The notes under the pieces are model-generated. The model did no database searches, was not told the origin of the DNA, and saw nothing but the letters and a program-made list of their open reading frames with translations. From Sphingobium sp. (GTDB taxonomy: Bacteria > Pseudomonadota > Alphaproteobacteria > Sphingomonadales > Sphingomonadaceae), in NCBI GenBank assembly GCA_041396745.1, contig JAWKXZ010000002.1, forward strand, positions 724,665 to 788,664: a stretch of 64,000 bases of DNA. Reading direction: 5' to 3'. The position numbers and the translations under genes are program-made. Shown here in pieces: positions 14,889-29,394 of this stretch. How positions within the stretch are numbered: position 1 is the stretch's first letter; every line of letters starts with the position of its first letter.

Positions 14889-16175
14889 TTAACCGCCGAA
14901 TTCGCCTGCCGCGCTCTCTATAGCGTCAAAGATTGCATCGATTTCGTCGACGGAACAACAATAGGGCGGCATGGCGTATATCGTATTACCCAGCGGTCGC
15001 AACAACAGGCCGCGTTCAAGAAAATAGGGCCGCAATGCCGTCGCGACATCGGAGAGATAACCGCCACCCTCGCCCGCCCGGAGATCAACCGCCGCAATCG
15101 CACCCAGACAGCGCGGATTTTCAAGCGCGCGATGACCGGACAGCCGATCCAGCCGCTCATTCATATGCGTGTTCAGGTCGCCAATGCGCGCGCCCACATC
15201 GTTGCTTTCCCAGATCGCGATATTGGCGGCGGCGGCCGCGCAGCTGATCGGGTTGGCTGTGAAGCTGGACGAATGAAAAAACATGTCGGCGCGGTCCTGC
15301 GACAGATGCGCGTCGAAGATTTTTGCGCGCGCCAATGTCGCCGCGAGCGGGACCGACCCGCCCGTCAGCCCCTTTGCCGTGCATAGAATGTCGGGAACCA
15401 CTCCGGCCTGCTCACAGGCGAACAAGGTGCCGGTCCGGCCCCAACCGGTCATCACCTCATCAGCAATGAACAATACATCATGATGCGCGCATATCTGCGC
15501 CATAGCCTTCAGCACATCGGCAGAATAGATGAACATGCCGCCTGCGCCCAGAACGAGCGGCTCGACGATCAACGCTGCGGGCCTATCATCGCCGCGACAT
15601 GCCGCCTCCAGCGCGTCGAGCGTAGCCTGTTCCGCACCGGCTGCGGGGTAGGGAATCGTTCCCACATCGAACAGCAGCGGCGCATAGGCCCGGTTGAACA
15701 CGCCGCGTTCACCGATCGACATCGCGCCGATCGTGTCGCCATGATAGCTATGCTCCATCACGAGGATGCGGTGACGCGGGTGGCCGATATTATGCCAATA
15801 TCCCAGCGCCATTTTGAGACCCACCTCTACCGCGGTCGATCCGCTGTCGGAGAAAAACACATGCGCCAGCGGGTCGTCCGACGGCAGCGTCTTGTCGGTG
15901 AGGCGCAGCACACCGCGCGCCACCGCCTCCGCCGGAGCATGCGTATAGCCCGCGAATATCATCTGATCGAGCTGCGCGGCCTGTTCCTGAATGGCGGCAA
16001 CGATACGCGGATCGCAATGGCCATGGGTAATGACCCACCAGCTTGATATGGCGTCGATCAGCACACGACCGTCTGCGCAATGCAGCAGCGCGCCTTCTGC
16101 CCTGTCGATCTGCGGAATCGCTTCGCCAAGGCCATGTTGTGTGAACGGGTGCCAGACCGGCGACGAAATACTCAC
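14889..16175 (-). CDS. bioA: Adenosylmethionine-8-amino-7-oxononanoate aminotransferase
   Basis: Class III aminotransferase motifs ([20 protein letters not shown]). Position in the bioF-bioD-bioA operon with overlapping stop/starts. Confidence 0.9.
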   Translation of the reverse strand: MSISSPVWHPFTQHGLGEAIPQIDRAEGALLHCADGRVLIDAISSWWVITHGHCDPRIVAAIQEQAAQLDQMIFAGYTHAPAEAVARGVLRLTDKTLPSDDPLAHVFFSDSGSTAVEVGLKMALGYWHNIGHPRHRILVMEHSYHGDTIGAMSIGERGVFNRAYAPLLFDVGTIPYPAAGAEQATLDALEAACRGDDRPAALIVEPLVLGAGGMFIYSADVLKAMAQICAHHDVLFIADEVMTGWGRTGTLFACEQAGVVPDILCTAKGLTGGSVPLAATLARAKIFDAHLSQDRADMFFHSSSFTANPISCAAAAANIAIWESNDVGARIGDLNTHMNERLDRLSGHRALENPRCLGAIAAVDLRAGEGGGYLSDVATALRPYFLERGLLLRPLGNTIYAMPPYCCSVDEIDAIFDAIESAAGEFGG

Positions 16176-16813
16176 TGGACCAACGCCCCAATCGCTTCGA
16201 TGTCGATATGCGCCTGCATCGCACAGTGCAGGCTCGATGGATCGAGCGAATCCAGATGCGGCAAACGACCCAGAGACCGGACACCGGACAGGCGCGGAAT
16301 GATCGTCTCATTCTCCTCATGCGCATCGCCCACAAAAATGATCCCGCCCATGGGAATGTCACGCGCCCTGAGCGCCGAGACGGTAAGCAGGCTGTGATTG
16401 ATCGTGCCGAGCGCCGTACGCGCGACAAGGATGACCGGCTTACCCCAGCGCGCAAACATGTCGATGTTCAGCAGAGTATCGGTCAGCGGCACCATGACGC
16501 CGCCCGCCGATTCGACGATGAGCGGCGCAGAAGCCTGCGGCAAGGCCAGCCTGTCCGGGTCAATCACGACGCCATCGATACGCGCCGCCAGATGCGGCGA
16601 TGCGGGAGTATCAAGGCTGTAGGCTTCGGGAAGAAAATGCTGGTCGGGTAGTCCTGACAAAAGCTTGGCGCGCTGCGTATCACTCGCTGGATCGAGCCCC
16701 GCTTGCACCGGCTTCCAATAGAGCGCGTCGGGGATGCAGCGCACAAGCCCGGCTGCAACCACCGTCTTACCGACATCAGTGTCCGTCCCCGCGATAATCA
16801 GCGCCCGGCTCAT
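16172..16813 (-). CDS. bioD: Dethiobiotin synthase
   Basis: N-terminal P-loop IIAGTDTDVGKT. Operon context. Confidence 0.9.
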   Translation of the reverse strand: MSRALIIAGTDTDVGKTVVAAGLVRCIPDALYWKPVQAGLDPASDTQRAKLLSGLPDQHFLPEAYSLDTPASPHLAARIDGVVIDPDRLALPQASAPLIVESAGGVMVPLTDTLLNIDMFARWGKPVILVARTALGTINHSLLTVSALRARDIPMGGIIFVGDAHEENETIIPRLSGVRSLGRLPHLDSLDPSSLHCAMQAHIDIEAIGALVQ

Positions 16814-17961
16814 GCGCCCGAAACCCTTGATCGCACCAATGGATTCAATACCTCCGCCAGCGCCGCAATGTCATGAGCCGTGATGTTCAGCGTTATGGAC
16901 AGCCGCAACCGCCCGGTGCCGACCGGCACTGTGGGCGGTCGGATGCCCCGCACGTCAAAGCCCGCATGCTGGCAGGCCTGTGCGGCAGACATTGTCCAGC
17001 GATCATCGCCAAACAGGACGGGAAAGATCTGACTGGTTGGCGTATCGAGACCCAAAGGACGGCAAATATATTTGTCGACAGCGTCGATATGCCCGCGCAG
17101 GCGCTGACGCCGCCCATCGCCGTCGGACCCCGCAATGCAATCGAGTGCAGCGCCGACTGCAACGGCCATCAGTGGAGACGGAGCGGTCGAAAAGATAAAC
17201 GGTCGCGCCTTGTTGACCAGCGTATCGATCAACACCCTAGGCGCACAGAGTAACGCCCCTTCGACGCCGAGCGCCTTGCCGCAGGTATGAAGCGCGACGA
17301 CATTTTGCGCGCCTTCCAGCTTGGCCGTCAGCCCTTTGCCATCTTTGCCGAAAACACCCGTTGCGTGTGCCTCATCGAACATCAGCATCGCGTCGTAACG
17401 CTCTGCTATTGCAGCAAGATCGTCAACCAAAGCCATGTCGCCATCCATCGAATACAGCGTTTCCACCACGATCCACGGCGTGCCCATGCCGCCTTCGATG
17501 CGCCACCGGCGAATGGCGTCCTCACATGCCTGGGGGTCGTTGTGCGCGACAAAAACAGCCTTGGCCTTTGACTGACGAATGCCGTCATGCATGCTCGCAT
17601 GGCACAGTTCGTCGGCGACGATCAGGTCACCGGCGCGCGGCAGGACGGACAGAGCCGACATATTGGCGACAAACCCATTGGCCATGAACAAAGCCGCCTC
17701 CGCCCCGAAAAACGTTGCCGCATGGGCTTCCAGCGCCTCATGCTCGGGCGCATTGCCGCGCAACAGGCGCGATCCGCCGGAGCCCGCCGGCACGCCGCGC
17801 GCGGCAGCATCACTGACCGCTTGCGCTATCGCTTTGTCCCGAGCCAGCCCCAGATAGTCGTTGGACGAAAAGTCGATGCCAGAACGCGGGCGCAATTGGC
17901 GCGACCGCCCCCGCGCTTCCAGCGCCTGAAGCTGTGTAAAATAAGGGGCGAGCCGGTTCAT
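16810..17961 (-). CDS. bioF: 8-amino-7-oxononanoate synthase
   Basis: Alpha-oxoamine synthase family (FSSNDYLGL, DEAHATGVFG, HTCGKALG). Operon with bioD/bioA. Start taken at the internal ATG 17961 (MNRLAPYF); the track ORF extends to 18012. Confidence 0.85.
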   Translation of the reverse strand: MNRLAPYFTQLQALEARGRSRQLRPRSGIDFSSNDYLGLARDKAIAQAVSDAAARGVPAGSGGSRLLRGNAPEHEALEAHAATFFGAEAALFMANGFVANMSALSVLPRAGDLIVADELCHASMHDGIRQSKAKAVFVAHNDPQACEDAIRRWRIEGGMGTPWIVVETLYSMDGDMALVDDLAAIAERYDAMLMFDEAHATGVFGKDGKGLTAKLEGAQNVVALHTCGKALGVEGALLCAPRVLIDTLVNKARPFIFSTAPSPLMAVAVGAALDCIAGSDGDGRRQRLRGHIDAVDKYICRPLGLDTPTSQIFPVLFGDDRWTMSAAQACQHAGFDVRGIRPPTVPVGTGRLRLSITLNITAHDIAALAEVLNPLVRSRVSGA

Positions 17962-18133
17962 CCGCGCGCATATAACGCCATTTGCGTTAAATAAAAATCC
18001 GCCGGATCCCATGACGGAATCCGGCGGATGGCGACCCGAATGCGCAAGGGCGTCCGGCTAGAGTGTGAAAGGCCTACCGCAGCTACCCATGCGCCCGAGC
18101 TAAAAGGAAAGCCCCCACAAAGTTCAAAGAGCA

Positions 18134-18163
18134 AAGGGGAAGAATATCAAAATATTACCCCTT
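18134..18163 (-). terminator. Hairpin downstream of hppA (AAGGGG...CCCCTT with an inner AATAT/ATATT stem)
   Basis: Read directly. Followed on the minus strand by TGCTCTTTG, so the U-tract is only moderate. Confidence 0.45.
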
Positions 18164-18172
18164 GTTCCGTCG

Positions 18173-20284
18173 TCACATCGCGCCATGTGACAGCGCGGAA
18201 AGTAACAAAAGTGCAACAATATTGGTGATCTTTATCATAGGATTGACTGCCGGGCCAGCCGTGTCCTTATACGGATCACCGACAGTATCACCCGTCACAG
18301 CGGCTTTATGGGCTTCAGAGCCCTTCCCGCCATGGTTGCCATCCTCGATATACTTCTTCGCATTGTCCCATGCCCCGCCGCCGCTGGTCATCGAGATCGC
18401 GACGAACAGGCCGGACACGATCACGCCCAGCAGCAACGCGCCGAGCGCGGCAAACCCCTCGGATTGCCCCGCAACCTGCGTGATGATGAAATAGACGAGA
18501 ACAGGCGTCAGCACCGGGAGCAGCGAGGGAAGGATCATTTCCTTGATCGCCGCCTTGGTGACGATATCGACGGTGCGGGCATAATTGGGACGCGACGTTC
18601 CCGCCATGATGCCCGCATCCGCGGCGAACTGGTCACGCACGTCCTGCACCACCGATCCGGCAGCGCGACCCACGGCGGTCATGCCGAATGCACCGAACAG
18701 ATAGGGCAGCAACGCGCCCAGCAGCAGGCCGACGATGACATAGGGATTGCTCAGCGAGAAATCGACTTCGACGCCCGGAAAATATTCCTTGAGGTCGGTC
18801 GTATACGCGCCGAACAAAACGAGCGCGGCGAGCGCCGCCGACCCGATCGCATAGCCCTTCGTCACGGCCTTGGTCGTGTTGCCTACCGCATCGAGGGCGT
18901 CGGTGCGTGTACGCACATCGTCAGGTAGTCCGGCCATTTCGGCGATACCACCTGCATTGTCGGTCACCGGGCCATAGGCATCGAGCGCGACGACCATGCC
19001 TGCAAGCGCCAGCAGCGATGTTGCGGCAAAAGCCACGCCAATGATGCCAGCAATCTGGAACGTTGCGATCACCGCAACGACAATGACGAGCGTCGGCAGT
19101 GCGGTCGCCTCAAGGCTGATGGCCAGCCCCTGAATGACGTTGGTGCCATGGCCGGTCGCGCTTGCCTGTGCGATCGATTTCACCGGGCGATAGTTGGTGC
19201 CGGTGTAATATTCGGTGATCCAGACCAGCAGTCCGGTGACGGCAAGGCCGATCAGCATGCACCAGAAAAGCGCCATGCCTGTATAACCGCCATTGTTTGC
19301 GAGATCCGCACCGAACACCGTATTCATATCGCCGAGCGTTTGCGCGGTGACATAGTAGATGGCGGGCACCGACAGGATCGCGGTGGTCCAGAAGCCTTTG
19401 TACAACGCACCCATGATATTGTTGGAGCTACCAAGGCGCACCAGATAGGTGCCGATGATTGAGGTAATGATGCATACCCCGCCCACGATAAGCGGCAGCG
19501 ACATCAGCGCCATCAATTCCGCCGACGAAGCCTGCACCAGCAGCGCGATCGACACCATGGTGAGACCGAGCGTCACGACATAGGTTTCGAAAAGGTCGGC
19601 GGCCATCCCGGCGCAGTCGCCGACATTGTCACCGACATTGTCCGCGATCACGGCTGGGTTGCGGGGGTCATCCTCAGGAATGCCGGCCTCAACCTTGCCG
19701 ACAAGGTCCGCACCAACATCCGCCGCCTTGGTAAAGATGCCGCCGCCAAGACGGGCGAAAATGGAAATGAGCGAGGCGCCGAATGCCAGCGCCGTCAACG
19801 CCGCGACGATGTCGCGATCATTGGGGGCCAGACCCGATATGTCCGTCAGATACCAGAACAGCACGGCAATCGCGAGCAGGCCGAGACCCGCCACAAGCAT
19901 GCCGGTGATCGCGCCAGAACGGAACGCCAGCGTCAGCCCGCTTTGTAGCGAGGACCGTGCGGCTTCCGCGGTGCGCACATTCGCCCGCACCGAAATATGC
20001 ATGCCGACATAGCCCGCCACGCCTGAAAGAACCGCCCCTATCAGAAAGGAAACGGTGGAGAGCCAGCCAAGCGTGAACGCCAGAATGACGGCGACCACAA
20101 CGCCGACGATGGCGATTGTCCGATATTGCCTGCCAAGATAGGCTTTTGCGCCTTCCTGAATGGCAGCGGCGATAGACTGCATTTGCTCGTTGCCGGCCGG
20201 TGCCTTCAACACCTGCTGACTGGTGAATAGACCATAGAGCACAGCCAGCAGACCGCACCCTATGGCAATCAAAACGACTGACAT
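18173..20284 (-). CDS. hppA: Membrane-bound proton-translocating pyrophosphatase
   Basis: Multi-TM protein with V-PPase motifs ([53 protein letters not shown]). The ATG at 20284 is preceded by GGAGAGGAAAG. Confidence 0.9.
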   Translation of the reverse strand: MSVVLIAIGCGLLAVLYGLFTSQQVLKAPAGNEQMQSIAAAIQEGAKAYLGRQYRTIAIVGVVVAVILAFTLGWLSTVSFLIGAVLSGVAGYVGMHISVRANVRTAEAARSSLQSGLTLAFRSGAITGMLVAGLGLLAIAVLFWYLTDISGLAPNDRDIVAALTALAFGASLISIFARLGGGIFTKAADVGADLVGKVEAGIPEDDPRNPAVIADNVGDNVGDCAGMAADLFETYVVTLGLTMVSIALLVQASSAELMALMSLPLIVGGVCIITSIIGTYLVRLGSSNNIMGALYKGFWTTAILSVPAIYYVTAQTLGDMNTVFGADLANNGGYTGMALFWCMLIGLAVTGLLVWITEYYTGTNYRPVKSIAQASATGHGTNVIQGLAISLEATALPTLVIVVAVIATFQIAGIIGVAFAATSLLALAGMVVALDAYGPVTDNAGGIAEMAGLPDDVRTRTDALDAVGNTTKAVTKGYAIGSAALAALVLFGAYTTDLKEYFPGVEVDFSLSNPYVIVGLLLGALLPYLFGAFGMTAVGRAAGSVVQDVRDQFAADAGIMAGTSRPNYARTVDIVTKAAIKEMILPSLLPVLTPVLVYFIITQVAGQSEGFAALGALLLGVIVSGLFVAISMTSGGGAWDNAKKYIEDGNHGGKGSEAHKAAVTGDTVGDPYKDTAGPAVNPMIKITNIVALLLLSALSHGAM

Positions 20285-20732
20285 ATGGCTTTCCTCTCCC
20301 CCGTTGTGGATTTCATCAGGTGCGCTCCGCCGGGGATTGATGGGCACCCATTTTATGTGGTTGGAGACGACAGGATATCGCGGGCTGAATCACCGCTTCG
20401 GGTGCCTCAGTCTTTTTCCTCCCCGCCTTCAGCATCGTATCGGCCATTATTTGGATTCCGATCTGGGCTGACTATCGTCGGGGTTGAACCTATCGGCGCA
20501 TTTTCCCGCGTCAAGTCGGTTCATTTTTCGCGGCTCAAACGAGGAGCCCCGGCATCAGGCTCTTCTCCCTGCACCACCCCACATGCCAACTACCGCCCCT
20601 TCCGCACGGCCCGTCGCGCGCAGGTCGCTGGAATTGCCGTATTAATTTGACTTTAACCCTCGTCCTTCACAAAAGTGCCGCAAATTCGCGTCGTTCGGAC
20701 GCGCGATAGTAGGGCCACCGGGGGGTTGCCGA

Positions 20733-22349
20733 TTGTTTGCGAAGACTGATTTTGGTGCGGTTCAAGGCGGCTCCGGTGCATCCGGCGGTGCGCTATGGCT
20801 CACCCACGGCCTCAAGAGCAGCGCCAAGTCAGCCGCACAGCATGTTTCGACGAAGATCATCCGAAAAGGCGCGGGTGACTGGCGCTCCCGCATCAAATAT
20901 TGGGCTGAAGACGTCAACCTGACCCCTGACCTGGGCCAGAATATCGGCAGCCGCCAATGGTTGCGCGGAGCCGCCACATGTTTCGCGCTCTGCTTTGCCG
21001 CGGTCCGTATGACGCCCGATTTCGCGGCACTTCCTGCTGCTCCCGAACCAGTGATGACGGCGGCGAGTTACGACGAGTTCCGGTCCCAAATGATTACACC
21101 GCTGGCGCTCGGCGCTGATAGCGGGCGGCATATGGGACCGACCGATGCCGTCGCAGCGCTGAGAGAAACTCCCGAACGCCCGATGATACAGCTTTCGGCA
21201 GCGATAGGGCATGGCGACAGCTTTCGTCATGCGCTGACCCGCGCAGGGGTCAGCAGCGCCGACAGTGCAGCCGTTATGGAATTGCTGGGCGACGATGCCG
21301 CTGCGGGTACCCTGACGCCCGGCACGCGCCTCAACCTGACGCTCGGACGCCGGGAAAATCGCAACATGGCCCGTCCGCTCGACGCGCTCGCTTTCCGCGC
21401 ACGGCTCGACCTGGCGATTGATGTCACCCGGGAAAATGGCGCACTGGTCGCCCATCGCATGCCGATTGCTGTGGACAACACGCCCTTGCGCATTCGCGGC
21501 GTCGTGACCGACAGCTTATATCGCGCGGCGCGGGCAGCCGGTGCCACGCCGGGAACCGTGCAGACCTATCTGCGCGTCATTGGCAAACAGATGTCGCTGG
21601 GCAAGATCCGCGCGGGCGACCGTTTCGATATCATTGTAGCGCATCGACGCGCCGCGACGGGAGAGACCGAGACCGGCGCCCTGCTCTATGGCGGCCTGCA
21701 GCTCGCCAGCGGCAAGAAGATCGACATGCTCAAATGGGACCATGGCGGCAAGAGCGAATGGTTCGAGGCATCGGGCGTCGGCCAAACCCGCCCTGGCCTC
21801 GCACGACCTGTCACAAGTGCTCGGCTGTCCTCCGGTTTCGGCATGCGTTTTCACCCAATCTTGGGCTATTCGCGCCTTCATGCCGGTGTCGACTATGCAG
21901 CGCGCACCGGCACGCCGATCTATGCCGTTACCGATGGCCGCGTGTCCTATGCCGGACGGCATGGCGGCCATGGCAATTACGTCAAGCTCACCCACAATGG
22001 TGGCCTCGCCACGGGTTATGCGCATATGAGCCGAATTGCCGTGCACTCGGGCGAGCGCGTGAAGCGCGGCCAGGTGATAGGCTATGTCGGCTCCACCGGC
22101 CTGTCGACCGGTCCGCATCTGCACTATGAGGTGTATCGCAACGGCAAGACGGTCAATCCGACATCCGTCAAGTTCGAAGAAACGCCGCAACTGGCCGGCA
22201 GCGAACTCAAACAGTTCCGGTCGCGGCTGGCCTCGCTCAAGTCGATTTCCAACAGCCCGGTTCTGCAAGCGCCCGCGACACCGCCAGCAGCTCCCGAGGT
22301 CCGGCAGGCATCCACCACCAAGACGCCCGCGAAAATCGCGATGCGCTAA
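20733..22349 (+). CDS. M23 family metallopeptidase (peptidoglycan endopeptidase)
   Basis: LSSGFGMRFHPILGYSRLHAGVDYAA..GTPIYA...GYAHMS...GSTGLSTGPHLHYEV. The TTG start is uncertain. Confidence 0.8.
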   Translation: MFAKTDFGAVQGGSGASGGALWLTHGLKSSAKSAAQHVSTKIIRKGAGDWRSRIKYWAEDVNLTPDLGQNIGSRQWLRGAATCFALCFAAVRMTPDFAALPAAPEPVMTAASYDEFRSQMITPLALGADSGRHMGPTDAVAALRETPERPMIQLSAAIGHGDSFRHALTRAGVSSADSAAVMELLGDDAAAGTLTPGTRLNLTLGRRENRNMARPLDALAFRARLDLAIDVTRENGALVAHRMPIAVDNTPLRIRGVVTDSLYRAARAAGATPGTVQTYLRVIGKQMSLGKIRAGDRFDIIVAHRRAATGETETGALLYGGLQLASGKKIDMLKWDHGGKSEWFEASGVGQTRPGLARPVTSARLSSGFGMRFHPILGYSRLHAGVDYAARTGTPIYAVTDGRVSYAGRHGGHGNYVKLTHNGGLATGYAHMSRIAVHSGERVKRGQVIGYVGSTGLSTGPHLHYEVYRNGKTVNPTSVKFEETPQLAGSELKQFRSRLASLKSISNSPVLQAPATPPAAPEVRQASTTKTPAKIAMR

Positions 22350-22391
22350 GGCGCTTGCCGCGCAGTAAACGACGCCTTACACCTCCCGCTC

Positions 22392-23390
22392 ATGCCGAAC
22401 CACACCGCTTCCTACCCCGCCCTGCGCCTGCGCCGCACCCGAGCCAGCGCATGGAGCCGCGCGCTGCACGCCGAGCACCGCCTGCACCCGAGCGACCTCA
22501 TATGGCCGCTGTTCATAACCGATGGCAAAGGGATAGAGGAGCCGGTTGCCTCGCTACCCGGCGTGTCGCGCTGGTCCGTAGACCTGATCGCTGCGCGGGC
22601 CAAGGAAGCGCGAGATGCAGGCATCTCTTGCCTCGCCCTGTTCCCCAACACGCAGCCCGACCGGCGCAGCGATGATGGACGCGAGGCGCTGAACCCCGAC
22701 AATCTAATGTGTCGGGCGATCCGTACGATCAAGGATGCGGTGCCTGATATCGGCATCCTTACCGACGTGGCGCTCGACCCTTACACGGCGCACGGGCAGG
22801 ACGGCCTCGTCGATGATGCTGGAACCATCCTGAACGACGATACCATCGACATACTGGTGGGCCAGTCGCTCAATCAGGCGGCCGCGGGCGCGGATATCAT
22901 CGCACCCAGCGACATGATGGACGGGCGCGTAGGCGTCATTCGCTCAGCGCTGGAGCAGGACGGCCATATCAATGTGCAGATCATGGCCTATGCCGCCAAA
23001 TATGCCAGCGCCTTCTACGGCCCGTTCCGCGATGCGGTGGGCTCACGCGGGTTGCTGAAAGGCGACAAGAAAACCTATCAAATGGACCCGGCCAATAGCG
23101 AGGAAGCCCTGCGCGAGGTTGCGCTCGATCTCGCCGAGGGCGCGGACAGCGTGATGGTAAAACCCGGCCTGCCCTATCTCGACATCGTCACCAAGGTGAA
23201 ACAGCGGTTCGAGGTGCCGGTCTTCGCCTATCAGGTGTCCGGCGAATATGCGATGATAGAGGCCGCTGCTGCGGCTGGCGCAGGCGACCGCGATGCGCTG
23301 GTGATGGAAACTCTCCTCGCCTTCAAACGCGCAGGCTGCACCGGGGTACTGACCTATCATGCGATGCATGCTGCAAGGCTGATGGGTTAG
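22392..23390 (+). CDS. hemB: Porphobilinogen synthase (delta-aminolevulinate dehydratase)
   Basis: LRLRRTRASAWSRAL..LIWPLFI...APSDMMDGRV...MAYAAKYASAFYGPFRDA...VMVKPGLPYLDI. Confidence 0.9.
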   Translation: MPNHTASYPALRLRRTRASAWSRALHAEHRLHPSDLIWPLFITDGKGIEEPVASLPGVSRWSVDLIAARAKEARDAGISCLALFPNTQPDRRSDDGREALNPDNLMCRAIRTIKDAVPDIGILTDVALDPYTAHGQDGLVDDAGTILNDDTIDILVGQSLNQAAAGADIIAPSDMMDGRVGVIRSALEQDGHINVQIMAYAAKYASAFYGPFRDAVGSRGLLKGDKKTYQMDPANSEEALREVALDLAEGADSVMVKPGLPYLDIVTKVKQRFEVPVFAYQVSGEYAMIEAAAAAGAGDRDALVMETLLAFKRAGCTGVLTYHAMHAARLMG

Positions 23391-23419
23391 TCCGGAATCC
23401 TTGATGGCTCCGGTCTTTC

Positions 23420-23959
23420 TCAAGGCTCCTTGAGTACCGCCCTCAGTTCATCGACACGGTCATTTTGCACATCGACCATCGACAGGACCGGCGCGCGGGC
23501 GGATTCAATTTCCGCAACGCCACCCTGTGCCTCACCTGCCGCGACCGCCCTCATGCGGTCGGCGTAAAGCGTGTCCAGACTGGCCAGCGCATACACGCTG
23601 TCATAGCGGGCCTGCTCCAGCTGTCCGAGGTCGACATTGGCGGCGACCCATTTCTCGCTGGAAATCGCCGCTCCATCGGCGAGTCGCACGCGCGGAGCGA
23701 CAATCGAATACACCGCATCGAACGCCGCCTTACCCTTTTCCGACTGCTTGGTCAGCGTCGTCAGCTGGGCAATGAGACCGGGCTCTACCGGTTGCGCAGC
23801 CTCCTCGTCGCGCGTCAAATCCTGCGTGATTACCGCATCACCCGGCACATTGGACTCCATTGGTCGCTTGGCAAGCGACGGATAGCCGCGCCCATCCTGC
23901 CCCATGCCGGTGCACGCGGAAAGAATCAGGGAAAAGGCAGCAAAGATGCGTCGCGTCAT
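23420..23959 (-). CDS. Hypothetical lipoprotein
   Basis: MTRRIFAAFSLILSAC is a signal peptide plus lipobox. Start chosen at the internal ATG 23959. No family recognised. Confidence 0.55.
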   Translation of the reverse strand: MTRRIFAAFSLILSACTGMGQDGRGYPSLAKRPMESNVPGDAVITQDLTRDEEAAQPVEPGLIAQLTTLTKQSEKGKAAFDAVYSIVAPRVRLADGAAISSEKWVAANVDLGQLEQARYDSVYALASLDTLYADRMRAVAAGEAQGGVAEIESARAPVLSMVDVQNDRVDELRAVLKEP

Positions 23960-24053
23960 AGCGACCTGCATGTATGAAACCCGCGCTGGACATGCAATAG
24001 CGCGCATGGTCAACGGATTGGCAACGTCCACAAATCCGCATATGGCGCCCACC

Positions 24054-24992
24054 ATGCTAGCGATATTCGTCACTATTCTGCCGGTGTTCCTGATGATCCT
24101 TGCCGGCTATGGCGCGCGGCGGCTGAATGTGCTGCCCGAAGGTTCGGGCATGTTGCTCACCCGCTTCGTCACCTGGATTCCTCTTCCCGCGCTGATGTTC
24201 CATATCGTTGCAACGACGGACTGGCATGCGGTTTGGGACAGCGATTTCGTCATCGCATCGGCAGGCGGCAGCCTGATCGCATTTGGCACCGGCATGGTTC
24301 TTGGGCGCATGCGCGGACTGAGCGCAGCGGACATCGCTGTCGATGGCCTTAACGCCAGCTATTCCAACGCGGCCTATATCGGCCTGCCGCTGTTTCTTCT
24401 GGTCCTCGGGCCACAGAGCGCGCCTTTTGTGATCATCGCCGCGACGCTGACGCTCATGATCTTGTTCGCCTGCGCCGTTATCTTGATCGAACTGGGCCAT
24501 CACCGCGATTTGGGAGCGCTTCACGCGATGCGCATGGCAACCTTGGGCGTTTTGCGCAATCCGGTCACAATCGCTCCTCTTGCGGGCCTCATCTGGTGGA
24601 CGACGGGCCTTGGACTCACGCCTTCCATAGAACGGTTCACCGCCATGCTGGGCGGTGCGGCAAGCCCGGCGGCATTGGTAGCTATCGGGCTGTTCCTTGC
24701 CGAAAGGCCAATCGCAGAAGCGATCCGTAATCCTTCGGTACTCAAACTGGCAGGCGCAAAATTACTTCTGCACCCGCTGGTGACGGCGGCAATCGCCTAT
24801 CCCCTGTTGCGCATGGAGGCATTCCCCGGCGCTCTGGCGGTGGCGATCGCGGCGCTGCCCACTGGAACCGGTCCGTTCATGGTAGCCAGCTTCTATGCGC
24901 GCAATGGCGAGGTTACCTCCGGAACCGTGCTCGTTACGACACTGCTCTCGACCCTCACTTTGACCGCAATACTGGCATTTCTGCCGCACTAA
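24054..24992 (+). CDS. AEC (auxin efflux carrier) family transporter
   Basis: About 10 TM segments. N-terminus MLAIFVTILPVFLMILAGYGARR is typical of the family. An alternative ATG lies at 24042. Confidence 0.75.
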   Translation: MLAIFVTILPVFLMILAGYGARRLNVLPEGSGMLLTRFVTWIPLPALMFHIVATTDWHAVWDSDFVIASAGGSLIAFGTGMVLGRMRGLSAADIAVDGLNASYSNAAYIGLPLFLLVLGPQSAPFVIIAATLTLMILFACAVILIELGHHRDLGALHAMRMATLGVLRNPVTIAPLAGLIWWTTGLGLTPSIERFTAMLGGAASPAALVAIGLFLAERPIAEAIRNPSVLKLAGAKLLLHPLVTAAIAYPLLRMEAFPGALAVAIAALPTGTGPFMVASFYARNGEVTSGTVLVTTLLSTLTLTAILAFLPH

Positions 24993-25110
24993 TCCTGTCG
25001 AATGCGGTTGACAGCCCAGCCCCTATCCACTAACGGCCCTTCTTCCGCGTTGGACCTCGGGTTGCTGCCCTTGGGCTGCGCCAAGCAATTTTGGATGAAG
25101 AGATTAAGCC

Positions 25111-25476
25111 ATGTTCGCAGTTGTGCGCACGGGCGGCAAACAATATCGCGTTGCCGCAGGAGACAAGATAGTCGTCGAGAAGCTGGCTGGTGAAGCTGGC
25201 GACAAGGTCACGTTGGACGATGTCCTGCTGGCCGGTGAAGGCGCTGACCTGAAGGACACCAAGGGCCTGACCGTAGCGGCGGAAATCGTTGCACAGGCGA
25301 AGGGCGAAAAGGTCATCGTTTTCAAGAAGCGTCGCCGCCACAATTATCGCCGCCGCAACGGACATCGCCAGAACCACACGATCCTGAAGATCGTTGCGAT
25401 TGGCGCCGACAAGCCGAAAAAGGCCGCCGCGAAGAAAGCGGAAGCCACCGACGAAGCCACGGCTGCAGAAGCCTGA
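25111..25476 (+). CDS. rplU: 50S ribosomal protein L21
   Basis: [25 protein letters not shown]. Confidence 0.95.
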   Translation: MFAVVRTGGKQYRVAAGDKIVVEKLAGEAGDKVTLDDVLLAGEGADLKDTKGLTVAAEIVAQAKGEKVIVFKKRRRHNYRRRNGHRQNHTILKIVAIGADKPKKAAAKKAEATDEATAAEA

Positions 25477-25504
25477 GCCGACCCAATTCAAGGAGTCTTG
25501 AGAG

Positions 25505-25774
25505 ATGGCACATAAAAAAGCTGGCGGTTCATCCCGCAACGGTCGCGACTCAGAAAGCAAACGCCTGGGCGTGAAGAAGTTCGGCGGTCAGCACGTGATC
25601 GGCGGCAACATCATCATTCGCCAGCGCGGCACCCGCGTTTACCCCGGTCGCAATGTCGGCATGGGCAAGGATCACACATTGTTCGCGCTGGGCGAAGGCC
25701 GCGTCGTATTCCACGATGGCAAGCTTGGCCGCAAATATGTGTCGGTCGACGCGATGGCAGAAGCCGCCGAATAA
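25505..25774 (+). CDS. rpmA: 50S ribosomal protein L27
   Basis: [29 protein letters not shown]. Confidence 0.95.
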   Translation: MAHKKAGGSSRNGRDSESKRLGVKKFGGQHVIGGNIIIRQRGTRVYPGRNVGMGKDHTLFALGEGRVVFHDGKLGRKYVSVDAMAEAAE

Positions 25775-25844
25775 CGGACGATCAATCACCGGATCGTCCA
25801 ACAGGACGCTCCGGAACATGACTGATTCGCACCAGAATAGTCAC

Positions 25845-25880
25845 AAACGGGGCGCCCGAACTGGGTTGGCCCCGTTTTCT
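25845..25880 (+). terminator. Rho-independent terminator after rpmA
   Basis: AAACGGGGC (25845-25853), a 15-nt loop, then GCCCCGTTT (25869-25877) followed by TCT. Confidence 0.6.
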
Positions 25881-26020
25881 ACGTATTATTCCTGATCTTG
25901 GGTTTTCGGCTTGTCCGATGCATCACTCGGATCGGGGCATAAACGGGTCCACCCTCGATATTGTCGTATTCGTGCAACCTGCAGCGCGTAAAGCCGGTCG
26001 GGTTGAGAGAGGTAAAGACC

Positions 26021-26593
26021 ATGTTTTCGAGAACAGAGAGACTCTTGCTGCGCCCGGGCTGGGCCGAGGATGCTCCCGCTTTGCATGCGGCCATCGCCGA
26101 CGAGGCTATCGTTCGCAACCTGTCGACCGCGCCATGGCCCTATTCCATTGGGGATGCCGAGGCGTTCCTTGCGCGTGAGCGCAATGAGGCGCTGCCCGAA
26201 TTTCTGATGTTTCTGCGCACACGCGGCACCCCGCATCTGGTGGGCGGCTGCGCGATCGTTGACGGGGACCATGGCAAACGTGAGCTGGGCTATTGGATAG
26301 CCCGCCCCTATTGGGGCCTTGGATTCGCGACGGAAGCGGCCAGTGCCGTCATGCGGATCGCGCGCTCCTCAGGCATCGGAAATATCACCGCCAGCCATTT
26401 CGCCGACAATCCGGCATCTGGCAGAGTGCTGTGCAAAATCGGCTTTCGCCCAACTGGACGGGTCGAAAAACGCTACAGCCTGGCGCGCGGCGAGGATGCT
26501 GATTGCGTCCTATTTGAGGACGGCGGCGTCATACCTATGCGCCCCGACCCTTCGCTTGACCTGTATCGGGACAGGGTTCTCCAAGCCGCCTGA
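26021..26593 (+). CDS. GNAT family N-acetyltransferase
   Basis: TERLLLRP...GYWIARPYWGLGFATEAASAV is a RimJ/RimL-like pattern. ATG at 26021 after GAGAGAGG. Confidence 0.75.
   Translation: MFSRTERLLLRPGWAEDAPALHAAIADEAIVRNLSTAPWPYSIGDAEAFLARERNEALPEFLMFLRTRGTPHLVGGCAIVDGDHGKRELGYWIARPYWGLGFATEAASAVMRIARSSGIGNITASHFADNPASGRVLCKIGFRPTGRVEKRYSLARGEDADCVLFEDGGVIPMRPDPSLDLYRDRVLQAA

Positions 26594-29390
<2,797 letters not shown>

Positions 29391-29394
<4 letters not shown>

Noticed and set aside
25008-25036. Possible sigma-70 promoter upstream of rplU (TTGACA, 17 nt, TAACGG)
   Set aside because: The -35 element is perfect but the -10 is poor. This is too weak to call from sequence alone.
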